A stretch of DNA of 47,261 nt from Candidatus Thorarchaeota archaeon (lineage in GTDB: Archaea; Asgardarchaeota; Thorarchaeia; Thorarchaeales; Thorarchaeaceae), in contig JAWOEX010000042.1 in the NCBI GenBank assembly GCA_046482545.1, forward strand, positions 1 to 47,261, in the 5' to 3' direction. Within the stretch, counting starts at the first letter, position 1; every line of letters starts with the position of its first letter. Both the position numbers and the translations under genes were made by a program. The notes beneath the pieces are model-generated. The model saw nothing but the letters and a program-made list of their open reading frames with translations, was not told where the DNA came from and did no database searches. This document shows, piece after piece, positions 27,848-38,098 of the stretch.

Positions 27848-27984
27848 GCGTAAGGTGAAACCACTTGCGTCTATCATAAACGAAATGGATTGTTTCTCTG
27901 ACTGAGTTACAAAAACTCTAAGAATACTAGGCTGAATAGCGTTGTTGCGGAAGGTTTTGATCTTCGACAGTAACTGGTGATATT

Positions 27985-28584
27985 ATGGCACTAACTGAGA
28001 AGCAGAAAAAAGACTTGGAGGAATTCGCCCTGAAGAAATATGATTCTCTTCATGATACACACGGACGACGCCACGCCTATAGAACCGCGAATATAGCAGA
28101 AGCAATCGCTCAGAAAGAAGGAGCCAACATCGAGCTTTGTCGCTACGGAGCACTTCTTCACCAATATCATCCTGAAGGTATTGATGAGATTAGGGAGCGT
28201 TTGCAATCGATATCTGTAGGAGAATCTACAGCTGAGCAGATTATCCATTGTGTTGAGTCTGTCGAACCCGAGATGATTGGCAAAGCAGAAACAATTGAGG
28301 CTAAAGTAGTATTTGATGCTGATAAGCTGCAAACGCTCGGATCATTTGGATTATTTAGGGAAGTTATCTATCGAACAGCAACCAATGATATTGAATTCTT
28401 GGATGTAGTCGAAGAATCAAGAATGCTTCAGGACCAAATGTACGAGCTGATTCAGACAGAGACCGGGAAGCAGATTGCAAAGGACCTAGTGAATCAATCC
28501 GCATGGATACTTGCTTCTTTTGACAAGTGGAAAGCATTGGGTGATGAAGACCCTGGGACTCGTCTTCGCAGCATCTTGCCCTGA
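27985..28584 (+). CDS. HD-domain protein (HD motif changed to HQ)
   Basis: HGRRHAYR, ALLHQ, EAKVVFDADKL and TETGKQIA. Confidence 0.8.
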   Translation: MALTEKQKKDLEEFALKKYDSLHDTHGRRHAYRTANIAEAIAQKEGANIELCRYGALLHQYHPEGIDEIRERLQSISVGESTAEQIIHCVESVEPEMIGKAETIEAKVVFDADKLQTLGSFGLFREVIYRTATNDIEFLDVVEESRMLQDQMYELIQTETGKQIAKDLVNQSAWILASFDKWKALGDEDPGTRLRSILP

Positions 28585-28634
28585 TTGAGCAAGAAAAGGG
28601 CAAGTGTTTTCTAGTGCTGATACTCTAGGAATAC

Positions 28635-29030
28635 TTGAGAACAATGGAAGATATCATGAGACTCTGGCTAGGCATAGTAATCATCATCATTTTCTTTGTG
28701 GGCGGGTTCATTATGATGATTACTGGGCTAGGATCTGGCGACATGGGAATCGGAATGATTCTGTTCTATATTTTTGTCATTCCATTGATTGGTGTCGTCA
28801 TCGGAGTGCCGTTGATGCTCAAGGGAATTGGTCAGGCATCCTTTGGAATGTTCAAATCACCCGCATTTGGTAATGAGAAGAAGGACTCTTCGTATATCCA
28901 TGAGCCTCCAGATTTTTGCAAAAACTGTGGAGGCACCCTGAGTGCAGGTAATGTTGAGTGGGCAGGTCCGCTCACCGTGAAATGCCCGTACTGCGGAGTG
29001 ACTATGAAGACTGTGAAGAGAGAAGTGTGA
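28635..29030 (+). CDS. two-TM membrane protein with C-terminal zinc ribbon
   Basis: Two TM helices, CKNCG and CPYCG. Confidence 0.8.
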   Translation: MRTMEDIMRLWLGIVIIIIFFVGGFIMMITGLGSGDMGIGMILFYIFVIPLIGVVIGVPLMLKGIGQASFGMFKSPAFGNEKKDSSYIHEPPDFCKNCGGTLSAGNVEWAGPLTVKCPYCGVTMKTVKREV

Positions 29031-29150
29031 ATTTTCTATCGGCCAAGTGACCCAGAAGAGGATAAGCGCGAACTATTAGGTGCGGAAAAGCCTGAATGAA
29101 AACAGTTAACGTCTGGTACGCCAACCAATAGTGTATCAAGGGAATTCCCC

Positions 29151-29987
29151 ATGGTTAATTGCCAGATTATTTACTTCTCGCAGATGGGTTCGACAGCTAA
29201 AATTGCCAATGCAATCTCTGAAAATCTAAGAGAACAAGGCTGGTCCGTAGACACGACTAACTTGGCAAGAGAATCACCATCACGGCTAGTCAAGGACTAC
29301 GACGTTCTAGGAATTGGAACACCGACTTTCTTTTTTCATGCACCGTCTCTGATGACAGAGTATGTTCAAAGCCTCCCGACACTAAATGGTATGCCATTTT
29401 TCGTATTTGCTTTGTATAGCATTCATGTTGGTGATACAGGTAATGACATTAGGAAGAAGTTGTCAGAGAAAGGCGGTCGGGATATTGGCTATTTAAAATC
29501 GCAAGGCACAAACCATTTACCCGCCTATACGAGAAAAGGTGTCCTCTTTTGCTCTCAGAATCCGAGCAGAAAAGAACTTGACAAGGCAAGAAGATTTGCT
29601 ATCGGTGTCGTTAGCAGGTATGAGATTGGCAATCCGCCAGTGAATCAATTTGATCCATCACCCCCGCTGATGTATCGTCTTGAGCGTCTCGCGTCAAAGA
29701 GATGGCTAACGAATCACATACTCAGCCGTACTTTTTCTGTTGATGAAGAAGCTTGCATTCACTGCAGAAAATGTGTTGACGCTTGTCCAACGGACAACGT
29801 ACGTGTTGATGAGCAAGGCGTTCCAGAATGGGGGCAGAACTGCATTCTTTGTTTATCATGCGAAATAGCCTGCCCAGAAGGAGCGATATCTTGCATCTTG
29901 GATTCTCAGCTATTGAGTCCAATTATCGATTACAACATAGCAAAAGGAATGGAGAATCCAGAGCCACATCATTGCTCTGGAGGATAA
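29151..29987 (+). CDS. EFR1-type flavodoxin-ferredoxin fusion
   Basis: YFSQMGST flavodoxin loop; CIHCRKCVDACP and CILCLSCEIACP. Confidence 0.88.
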   Translation: MVNCQIIYFSQMGSTAKIANAISENLREQGWSVDTTNLARESPSRLVKDYDVLGIGTPTFFFHAPSLMTEYVQSLPTLNGMPFFVFALYSIHVGDTGNDIRKKLSEKGGRDIGYLKSQGTNHLPAYTRKGVLFCSQNPSRKELDKARRFAIGVVSRYEIGNPPVNQFDPSPPLMYRLERLASKRWLTNHILSRTFSVDEEACIHCRKCVDACPTDNVRVDEQGVPEWGQNCILCLSCEIACPEGAISCILDSQLLSPIIDYNIAKGMENPEPHHCSGG

Positions 29988-30030
29988 TAATCAGAAAGCT
30001 GTTTCAACTCATCCTGATTCTATGGCAGTC

Positions 30031-31143
30031 TTAGGAGCCATCAGAAGACACAGCAAGCATATAGACATCAAATCTCGCGCCCCCCAGATTGGAGTCATGG
30101 AGCTCAATCCTGCCATCATATGACTCAACTATCCGTTTTGTTAGATATAGACCCATGCTAGGTCCTGGGTTTTCTCCGTAAGTGAAACCTTTTTCGAAAA
30201 CCTTAGACTTGAGGTCATCCGGAATGCCCTTCCCGTCGTCCTCTATCGAGATTAGAATCTCGTTATCAACTAATTTTTCAGAAACCTTGATACGATTTCC
30301 CTCTGAATGTTGAATCGCATTCACTATGAGATTCTCGAAAACCTGTGTCCAAAGGTTTCCTCCCTTAACAAGAACGTCTCGTTTGGGCAAGTTCGCTTCA
30401 ATTTTAAGGCGTGCCTTACCCTGCCTCGATTCAATCCTTTCCTGTATCACATTTTCGAGCAAACTTAGGGGAACAGCATTTGCTTCTCTCTGGCTGACAT
30501 CAGCATTTTGGAGAGCACTTACTCTATTAATCAAATCGATTCCCTCTTCCGAGGTATCTCTTGCTCTCTGCAAATATATATCAGCTTTCTCAGGTAAGTC
30601 AATGGAATCAAGTAACTCATGGTATTGATGGATAATCATCAGCACATTCGCCAGATCATGTTTCAGTAGCGACTGCAAGAACTGCTGCCTTTCTTGTAGT
30701 TCCAACTCTTTACTTATATCTCGAATGAGACCAATAAAACCCTCGACGTTCCCCTCGGTGTCTCTAAGGTAGAAAACATTAGTCTCTCCTTCGAAAACTT
30801 CACCAGATTTCTTTTGGTAAGTAATCTGTATGAAAAAATGTCGGTCACCCATGTGTTCTTTTAGTTTCTTTCCCAAAACATGAAAGTCTTCTTCATTACC
30901 ATACACAAACTTCGTTTTCTTTCCCATAATCTCTTCAAGCTGATATCCGAAGAGATCAGTAAACGCGGGATTGCAATTTATTATTCGTCTATCCGTATCC
31001 GCTACCAGTATTGCATCTCTGATACTTGTGAAAAGTGCTCTGTATCTCGCCCAGCTGTGCTTCAGCTCCTCTTTAGATAGATCCAACTGTTCTTTGAAAC
31101 TCACTCCAGAGCTTTCATGGTCTCTTCGGGGCATTGGTGCCAT
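30031..31143 (-). CDS. PAS-domain sensor histidine kinase
   Basis: PAS (NPAFTDLFGY), H-box KHDLAN, N-box ENLIVNAIQH, DDGKGI and GARF. Confidence 0.92.
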   Translation of the reverse strand: MAPMPRRDHESSGVSFKEQLDLSKEELKHSWARYRALFTSIRDAILVADTDRRIINCNPAFTDLFGYQLEEIMGKKTKFVYGNEEDFHVLGKKLKEHMGDRHFFIQITYQKKSGEVFEGETNVFYLRDTEGNVEGFIGLIRDISKELELQERQQFLQSLLKHDLANVLMIIHQYHELLDSIDLPEKADIYLQRARDTSEEGIDLINRVSALQNADVSQREANAVPLSLLENVIQERIESRQGKARLKIEANLPKRDVLVKGGNLWTQVFENLIVNAIQHSEGNRIKVSEKLVDNEILISIEDDGKGIPDDLKSKVFEKGFTYGENPGPSMGLYLTKRIVESYDGRIELHDSNLGGARFDVYMLAVSSDGS

Positions 31144-31490
31144 AAACCCAATATTTTCAGTTGCCTTATATTTCTTGACTAGGTTGGAGATCTGTGGAAA
31201 ACGGTGGCGCAGATGTTATGAGAAGACCAACTGCCTTGTCAATTTGCTGTTCAAATGCACGAATCCTAAAAATCACAAACAAAGGCCATGTATCACTCTG
31301 ATAAACCGGTATAACTCATTCAAAAAATCTCTGAATCGTACCCCTCCTGCTAATCCGCTTCATTTAATCCATTGAGTCGTCTCGACCCATACACCATTCC
31401 TAACGGAATTTCTATGAGATTCAATCAGAAGATGCTATTGATGTCTTGAAAAGATAGCACCATGTGTTTATTTACTAAGAATGATTTTGA

Positions 31491-32891
31491 TTGAGTATGA
31501 AGGAATACGATGTTCTTGTCGTTGGTGGCGGTTCTGCGAACAAGATTGCATTCTGGGCCTATGAAAATGGATGGAGAACAGCTCTTGTTGAACATGGTCC
31601 AATCGGCGGTACCTGCTTAAACCGGGGTTGCGTTCCCAGCAAAATGATGATTTACCCGGCCGATATTCAACACGAGGCGTTAATGTCATCAAATGTCAAT
31701 CTCAATTTGAAACTCGGTTCTCCAAATTTCTCGGAATTGATGGAACGAGTTCGGGCGAGAAGGCGTCATGCGACAAATTACAAAGCCAAAGTCATAGAGG
31801 AGGCTGATTCCTATCATTGGTACAGGGAAACTGGGGTCTTTGTGGATGATTACGTAGTAGAAGTTGACAATGAAGAATTGACAGCCAATTGCATTGTGAT
31901 AGCTACAGGCGCACGGCCATTAATACCACCAATCCAAGGAATCGATGAGGTTGATTATCTGACAACTCGAACCATTTTTGAATTGACAAAACAACCGGAA
32001 CAGATGACGATTATAGGGGGCGGGTATGTTGCGGCTGAGTTTGGTCATTTCTTCAGCGCGATGGGGACAGAGGTTACAATTGTCGGAAGGAACCCGTTTC
32101 TGGTGAAACATGAGGATACAGATGTATCTGAGTTGTTACGACGGGAGCTCTCAAAGAGAATGACAATCCTCACGAATCACGAGGTTACACGAGTCGAACA
32201 CGGCCGAAACCACAAGATGGCAATTGCGAAGAATCGTGACTCTGGTGAGGAGGTGGAGGTGCCTTCGGATACGTTGTTAGTGGCCACTGGAAGAAGACCA
32301 AATTCGGATATATGTAAACCAGAGAAGACAGGCGTGGAACTCGACCAACATGGTTTCATCAAAACTGATGAGTACCTGCAGACCTCTGTTGAGGGAATCT
32401 GGGCACTTGGAGATGCAACTGGGTTGCCAATGTTCAAACACGTAGCTGATAGAGAAGCTGAAATCGTATGGCACAACATGCAAGCTTCTCAATCGGGAGA
32501 TCAATCTCTCCGTTCGATAGACTATACCGCCATTCCATATGCTGTCTTTTCGTATCCTCAAATAGCAACAGTTGGGAAGACACTTTCTGAAGCTAAGGAG
32601 ACGAGTTCAAGTCTTCTAGTTGGTAGGGCAGAATACACAGATGTTGCCAAGGGTGACGCCATGGGGAAACCAAAAGGATTCTGTAGAGTAATTGTAGATG
32701 CAGAATCTGAGGCGATATTGGGTGGGAGCATAATCGGCCCATTTGCTCCCATATTGATTCAACCAATCACCCAAGCCATGTACACAAGCGACAGGCACTA
32801 TGAACACCTTCTACAACCCATCTACATTCATCCAGCTCTACCTGAAATAGTCAGAAATGCTGTGAGAAACCTAGAGCCCCTAGCGTTGTAA
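31491..32891 (+). CDS. dihydrolipoamide dehydrogenase / mycothione reductase-like flavoprotein disulfide reductase
   Basis: GGTCLNRGCVPSK, IGGGYVAAE, ATGRRPN, IWALGD and IHPALPE. Confidence 0.92.
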   Translation: MSMKEYDVLVVGGGSANKIAFWAYENGWRTALVEHGPIGGTCLNRGCVPSKMMIYPADIQHEALMSSNVNLNLKLGSPNFSELMERVRARRRHATNYKAKVIEEADSYHWYRETGVFVDDYVVEVDNEELTANCIVIATGARPLIPPIQGIDEVDYLTTRTIFELTKQPEQMTIIGGGYVAAEFGHFFSAMGTEVTIVGRNPFLVKHEDTDVSELLRRELSKRMTILTNHEVTRVEHGRNHKMAIAKNRDSGEEVEVPSDTLLVATGRRPNSDICKPEKTGVELDQHGFIKTDEYLQTSVEGIWALGDATGLPMFKHVADREAEIVWHNMQASQSGDQSLRSIDYTAIPYAVFSYPQIATVGKTLSEAKETSSSLLVGRAEYTDVAKGDAMGKPKGFCRVIVDAESEAILGGSIIGPFAPILIQPITQAMYTSDRHYEHLLQPIYIHPALPEIVRNAVRNLEPLAL

Positions 32892-33065
32892 ATGGAGAAA
32901 AAAATGCTGGCCCCATTATGAGACTACGGTGAACTTGAACTCATCAAAAGACACTGTCACCATTAGATTAAGATATGCAACACCTATGAAGATGGAGCAG
33001 TCCCTCAGATTCAATGAAGGTTTTGGTAATTTGAATTTGTCTCGAAAGACTCATTTGTAAGCACC

Positions 33066-33785
33066 TTGTCTAATCAGGAGAGTAAAATGAACGTCTTGGT
33101 TCTCAATAGTAGTCCTCATAAGAATGAACAGGGAACGGGAAATATCCTCAATCCTTTCATTAAAGGGATGAAAGCGGCAGGCGCTGACGTAGAAATCGTT
33201 TTCGTTAATGATTTAAATATCAAACCTTGTTTGGGCTGTTTTTCATGTTGGGGCTCAGAATCAGGTGAATGCGTCCACGATGATGATATGACCGAACTCC
33301 TTCCAAAGATGCAGAATGCAGATATCCAAGTACTCGCTACCCCCATTTATGTAGATGGCATGACGGGTCCCTTGAAGACAGTGCTGGACCGAAGCATTCC
33401 TCTAGTTACTGGTAAATGGATATTGCGGGATGGACATTGCAGACACCCGCTGCGGGAAGGAGAAGAAGGGAGCAAGCTAGTATTGCTTTCGGTATGTGGG
33501 TTCACAGAGCTTGACAATTTTGATCCACTCATAGCACATGTAAAGGCCCTATGCAAGAACATGAACTCTGAGTATGTCGGAGCTGTTTTGCGTCCGTATT
33601 CTTGGGCACTTCCACTCATTCAGAAAGCGGGAATCGATGTGAGCATGGTGTACGAAGCAGCCGAAGAAGCCGGGCGCCAAGTAATCGCAGAGGGCACAAT
33701 GGAAGAAGAAACGCTTGAAAAGATAGCTGCTCCCTTCGTTCCGAAGGAAGTACTCGTGGACGAGGTAAACAAGCATTTCAGCTAA
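33066..33785 (+). CDS. iron-sulfur flavoprotein / NADPH-dependent FMN reductase family
   Basis: NSSP, PCLGCFSCW..C, DDM and ATPIY. Confidence 0.88.
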   Translation: MSNQESKMNVLVLNSSPHKNEQGTGNILNPFIKGMKAAGADVEIVFVNDLNIKPCLGCFSCWGSESGECVHDDDMTELLPKMQNADIQVLATPIYVDGMTGPLKTVLDRSIPLVTGKWILRDGHCRHPLREGEEGSKLVLLSVCGFTELDNFDPLIAHVKALCKNMNSEYVGAVLRPYSWALPLIQKAGIDVSMVYEAAEEAGRQVIAEGTMEEETLEKIAAPFVPKEVLVDEVNKHFS

Positions 33786-33866
33786 AAACAGGGTCTGTCT
33801 GCCGATTCACTTCAAGATTAATCAATCAAATTTCAACATTTTCTGTCATGATAGTCTTAGAGCGAG

Positions 33867-36107
33867 TTAGCTGACTATTTCAATTCTGCCAGAACCTGAA
33901 TCGATGACATGGCCTATCTTGACAGCGTTGTCGATCCCTCGTCGGGCCAATTGTTTCATCAAATCAGGTAGTCGGTCTTCAGGTAGGCTAATCAATAGGC
34001 CACCAGATGTTTGGGCATCAGCTAACAACAACAGATCAATCTGAGTTATGCCTTCTTCAATATCGAGGTGAGGCCTTACATGACTGAGATTGTTCTTAGT
34101 GCCCCCGGGTATGACACCAGCTCCAGCAAGTTGTCGTGCGGTTTCTAGTATAGGTACTGCACTTGCCGAAATTGAGACATCAACACCACTACCTGCAGTC
34201 ATTTCCCTCAGGTGCCCCAGTAATCCGAAACCGGTGATGTCAGTACACGCGCTAACTCCGACTTCCATCATGGCCTCGGCCGCTCCCTGATTGAGGGATG
34301 CCATCAGGTCTCTAGCTATTGTAGTAGTTTCTTCATCTGCGAGCCCCCGCTTAACTGCCGTCGATATTATGCCAAGTCCAATAGGCTTAGTGAGAACGAG
34401 AACATCGCCTGGCTTGGCAGTGCTATTGCGCACCACCTCATCAGGGTGAACAACTCCAGTAACTGCCAGACCGTATTTCGGCTCGGTATCTTCAACAGTA
34501 TGTCCTCCAATTATGCTGATTCCTGCCTCAGCGGCTTTGTCCTGTGCACCTGCCAGTATCTCTTCCAGTACCGATAGAGGTAATCTGCTGGAGGGAAAAC
34601 CTACAATGTTCACGCCTAGTATGGGTCTTGCACCCATTGCATAGATATCACTCAACGAATTTGCGGCCGAGATTGCACCAAACCAGTATGGCTCATCTAC
34701 AATCGGTGTGAAGAAATCAACCGTCTGAACAATTGCCATCTCATCATTTACACGATAGACGGCGGCGTCATCTGAAGTCTCAATTCCAACCAAGATATTG
34801 GGATCTGTAGGAACAGGCAGCGTTCTTAGTACTTCCTCAAGTGCCTGTGGACGTAACTTACAGGCGCAACCGAGGCCATGAGTATAGCGAGTCAGTTTGT
34901 ATGTCTCTTTTTGTTCTGATTCACGTAGAGAAACGGCACCGGGTGCTGGCTGTAAACGTTTCACTGTTGATGATACAACATCTACTACTTTCTCTATTTC
35001 CTTCGCAGTGGTCCCTCTTCCAACCGAAAAGCGAATAGTGCCCATGGCCCAGTCAACAGGAACCCCCATGGCTTCTAGAACCGCAGACACATCGATATCT
35101 TCAGCATGACATGCTGCTCCGGCCGAAGCTGCAATTTCATCCTGAATCTCGGAGAGTAGAGTATTAGCCTCTATGCCACGGAAACTAAGACTTAGTGTAT
35201 TTGGCAATCGCAGTTCTGGATGGCCATTCAGTCTGAACCTTTCTCCACGTAGTTCGTCAAGCAAACCATCATGAAGCATATCACGCATCCTCTCGAAATG
35301 TTGCATATTCTTCTCTAAGTCACGCTGTGCGATCTCACAGGCCTTCCCAAGCCCGACTATCTCAAGTACATTTTCAGTGCCAGGGCGTCGATCCATTTCA
35401 TGATCAGCCCCGTGCAATATCTTCTCCAGCGTGGTTCCAGTGCGAATGTAAAGTGCGCCAATCCCTTTTGGAGCGTACAACTTGTGTCCTGCGAGTGAAA
35501 GCAAGTCCACACCAAGGTCATCGACACTTACAGGTATCTTCCCAATCGATTGTGCAGCGTCAGTATGCATGAGTGCCCCGTGTTCATGGGCGATTTCAGC
35601 AAGCTCAGCGATTGGTTGTATCGTCCCAACTTCATTATTCGCGTGCATAACTGTAACAAGTATAGTGCCTAGAGTAATGGTTTCTCTGAGGTCTTCCGGG
35701 TCTACTCGGCCATACTCATCGACTGGGAGAACTGAAATGGTAAAACCCTGCGTTTCGAGCCAATCGCACACTTCGAGAACAGCAGGATGCTCTATTGCTG
35801 ATGTTATGATGTGGTTCCCTTTGTCCTTGTGCTCTAGAGCCGCTCCTTTGATTGCGTAGTTGTTACTCTCGGTACCGCCGCTTGTGAAGACAATCTCTTC
35901 GGTCTTGCACTCTAAAAGGTCCGCAACCTGTTTCCGAGCAGATTCAACGGCCAGCTTAGCTTTAGCTCCGTAAGGATGGCTACTAGATGGATTTCCAAAA
36001 TGCTCGAAGATGTATGGCACCATTGCCTCTCCAACCTCAGCAGCAATGGGAGTTGTTGCATTATAATCCAGGTAAATCGGGTGTTCAGAGCCTTCGTCTC
36101 GTGGCAT
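33867..36107 (-). CDS. selD: NifS/selenocysteine-lyase-like domain fused to selenophosphate synthetase SelD
   Basis: N-terminal YLDYNATTP, GNPSS, TSGGTESNN, GHKLYAPKG, RPGTENV and GAACH. C-terminal GCACK, DDAAV, VDFFTP, SDIYAMG, DITGFGLLGH and QTSGGLL. Confidence 0.95.
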   Translation of the reverse strand: MPRDEGSEHPIYLDYNATTPIAAEVGEAMVPYIFEHFGNPSSSHPYGAKAKLAVESARKQVADLLECKTEEIVFTSGGTESNNYAIKGAALEHKDKGNHIITSAIEHPAVLEVCDWLETQGFTISVLPVDEYGRVDPEDLRETITLGTILVTVMHANNEVGTIQPIAELAEIAHEHGALMHTDAAQSIGKIPVSVDDLGVDLLSLAGHKLYAPKGIGALYIRTGTTLEKILHGADHEMDRRPGTENVLEIVGLGKACEIAQRDLEKNMQHFERMRDMLHDGLLDELRGERFRLNGHPELRLPNTLSLSFRGIEANTLLSEIQDEIAASAGAACHAEDIDVSAVLEAMGVPVDWAMGTIRFSVGRGTTAKEIEKVVDVVSSTVKRLQPAPGAVSLRESEQKETYKLTRYTHGLGCACKLRPQALEEVLRTLPVPTDPNILVGIETSDDAAVYRVNDEMAIVQTVDFFTPIVDEPYWFGAISAANSLSDIYAMGARPILGVNIVGFPSSRLPLSVLEEILAGAQDKAAEAGISIIGGHTVEDTEPKYGLAVTGVVHPDEVVRNSTAKPGDVLVLTKPIGLGIISTAVKRGLADEETTTIARDLMASLNQGAAEAMMEVGVSACTDITGFGLLGHLREMTAGSGVDVSISASAVPILETARQLAGAGVIPGGTKNNLSHVRPHLDIEEGITQIDLLLLADAQTSGGLLISLPEDRLPDLMKQLARRGIDNAVKIGHVIDSGSGRIEIVS

Positions 36108-36283
36108 AACTGAATGTCAGCTCCTTCTATCAGTTTCAGATATGCGTTCAACTATTTTTACCCTTATGTGTCTATCAGAATGGCAACTTGGTAAACAAGC
36201 CATGAGATATCCGGTGCAGTGGTGCGTGTTTGCTGCTCAACAATACGAACTAGATAAGAAAGCCAACACATAAAGGACTAGGA

Positions 36284-36304
36284 CGGGGGTATTCAGTACC
36301 CCCG
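36284..36304 (-). terminator. GC-rich hairpin just after the stop of 36313-37242
   Basis: CGGGGGTA-ttcag-TACCCCCG, a perfect 8-bp stem followed by pyrimidine-rich sequence on the minus strand. Confidence 0.6.
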
Positions 36305-36312
36305 GTTCTAAA

Positions 36313-37242
36313 TTACCACCAGTCTTCTCCTTCGGCCCTAGCTCGCGATTCGAGGTCACGATAGATTACCGTTTGGAAGATGTAGTCGAGAGAGCTGAAC
36401 AGAATGCCTACAAAGATGGTTGGCAGTATAATTGTCATTATTGAAGGATACACACCAATTGCAAGTAGAGTGAAGAGCATCTGAACAACAAGGGTAATGA
36501 TGCCTATAACAAGGCCTAGAAGGAATTGACCTCCAAGGATATGCCAAAAGTTTCCGCTGGTCATACTCCATGCTCTTTTCACAGCATCAATCGTGCCCTT
36601 ATCTTCCTCAGCTATAACAACGGCAGAAACTGGTGTCAAGCGAACTCCAACATATATACCAATTAATGTACCAACCAACGATAATATACTCAATGAAGCA
36701 ATTGCAGATAAATCACCGGTTAGAAATAAAACATTGAACGCCAAAGTTGGTATCTGCAGGACTAGAATGATAGCACCAACCACTATTTGTACACCTATTA
36801 GCGTCCACATTCGGTTGACCGAATAGGAGATCGAACTGTTTACATCTCCTGTGCCGGGATTTCCGTAGTCATCGAACGCGAGGCTGATAGCTGCACCTCC
36901 TGCAACTGCATATATCACCATGCTTACGAAAGTCATCAGAATCAGGGCCACAAAGAGGGTTGGCATTACCGATGTCAATGTGAAGAGGCTAATGATTACA
37001 TCGAAAGGACTTGTCCCAATACTTGGCAGAATACTGAGCGAGTCAAATCCAAATCGAAGTATGATGACAGCCGCATATAACGCGTACACAACAAGGCTGG
37101 TAACACCCATAATTGTAAGGTAGCCAGCTATTCTTCGTTTCCATAAAGCAAATGTTCTCGAGACCATGCCTGTCCAGCTAACTGAAAAATCTGGTTCATC
37201 AGGTGCTGACGGCTCTGGTCCAATTCCAGGATCGATTTCCAC
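36313..37242 (-). CDS. multi-pass membrane protein (glycerophosphodiesterase-membrane-domain-like)
   Basis: About 6 TM helices; DAVKRAWSMTSGNFW and IYRDL motifs. Confidence 0.75.
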   Translation of the reverse strand: MEIDPGIGPEPSAPDEPDFSVSWTGMVSRTFALWKRRIAGYLTIMGVTSLVVYALYAAVIILRFGFDSLSILPSIGTSPFDVIISLFTLTSVMPTLFVALILMTFVSMVIYAVAGGAAISLAFDDYGNPGTGDVNSSISYSVNRMWTLIGVQIVVGAIILVLQIPTLAFNVLFLTGDLSAIASLSILSLVGTLIGIYVGVRLTPVSAVVIAEEDKGTIDAVKRAWSMTSGNFWHILGGQFLLGLVIGIITLVVQMLFTLLAIGVYPSIMTIILPTIFVGILFSSLDYIFQTVIYRDLESRARAEGEDWW

Positions 37243-37448
37243 TCCATAACCTCCGTGGTATTCTCATGTCCTAGGTGGAGAAGACGCGTTATATAGTTCC
37301 CGATGATATGGTACTCATTGTTTGACTGAGAAGTCAATGAGGCTCTTGAGCACGATGGAAACATGACTAGTTGGACCAATCGATATACACTCAAGCTCAC
37401 AAGGATACAATCTTTTCAAGATTGGCCATGACGATGAGTATGGCGAGC

Positions 37449-37919
37449 TCAGCCTTTTGCCTTTCGCAGTCTTTCTAGATGAGTCTTGTAATCTTCATCA
37501 TCCGGAACAAGCTCAACAGCGTTTTCAGCAGCTGCAATGGCTTTGTCTAGGTTGCCTTGCTCCATATGAGCCCCTGAAGCAATATAGTTCAGTGCTGCTT
37601 CCGTAACCGTGTTGTCCACGTCTTGGGATAATGCTCCTTCCGCAATGGCAGCTGCATCAGACCAATTCTTGTTTCTCACATAGGCATTGGCCAAGAAATA
37701 GCTGACCGTTGGAATTGGTTGAGCATCGTGAGCCTTCTTCAGGTTCTCTATTGCTTCATCTAGTTCCCCCGTCTGTAGGTAGCAGCGACCATAATAGTAA
37801 GCGACACGCCAATCATTGGGTGCCATGCCTTTCGCTGACTTGAGGTCAAGCAGGGCGTACTCTATATTTCCTTCATTGAGGTTTTTCTGGACACTCTCTA
37901 GTAGGTTTCCAAGCGACAA
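37449..37919 (-). CDS. TPR-repeat protein
   Basis: YYYGRCYLQTGELDEAIENLKKA and related repeats. Confidence 0.88.
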   Translation of the reverse strand: MSLGNLLESVQKNLNEGNIEYALLDLKSAKGMAPNDWRVAYYYGRCYLQTGELDEAIENLKKAHDAQPIPTVSYFLANAYVRNKNWSDAAAIAEGALSQDVDNTVTEAALNYIASGAHMEQGNLDKAIAAAENAVELVPDDEDYKTHLERLRKAKG

Positions 37920-38098
37920 TTGTATACCTCATCTTCGTGGTTGCGTCATCCAATATAAGTGAATAGGGACTTGATAGATTGAGGGATGAGATAGTTCTCC
38001 GAATCCTAAAGTTGTCTGAATCTCACTTCTGCATAATTCAGTACACCATTGTCCCTAGAACCTATAAAATAGTTGATATTCATTTGATAGAATTGCAC

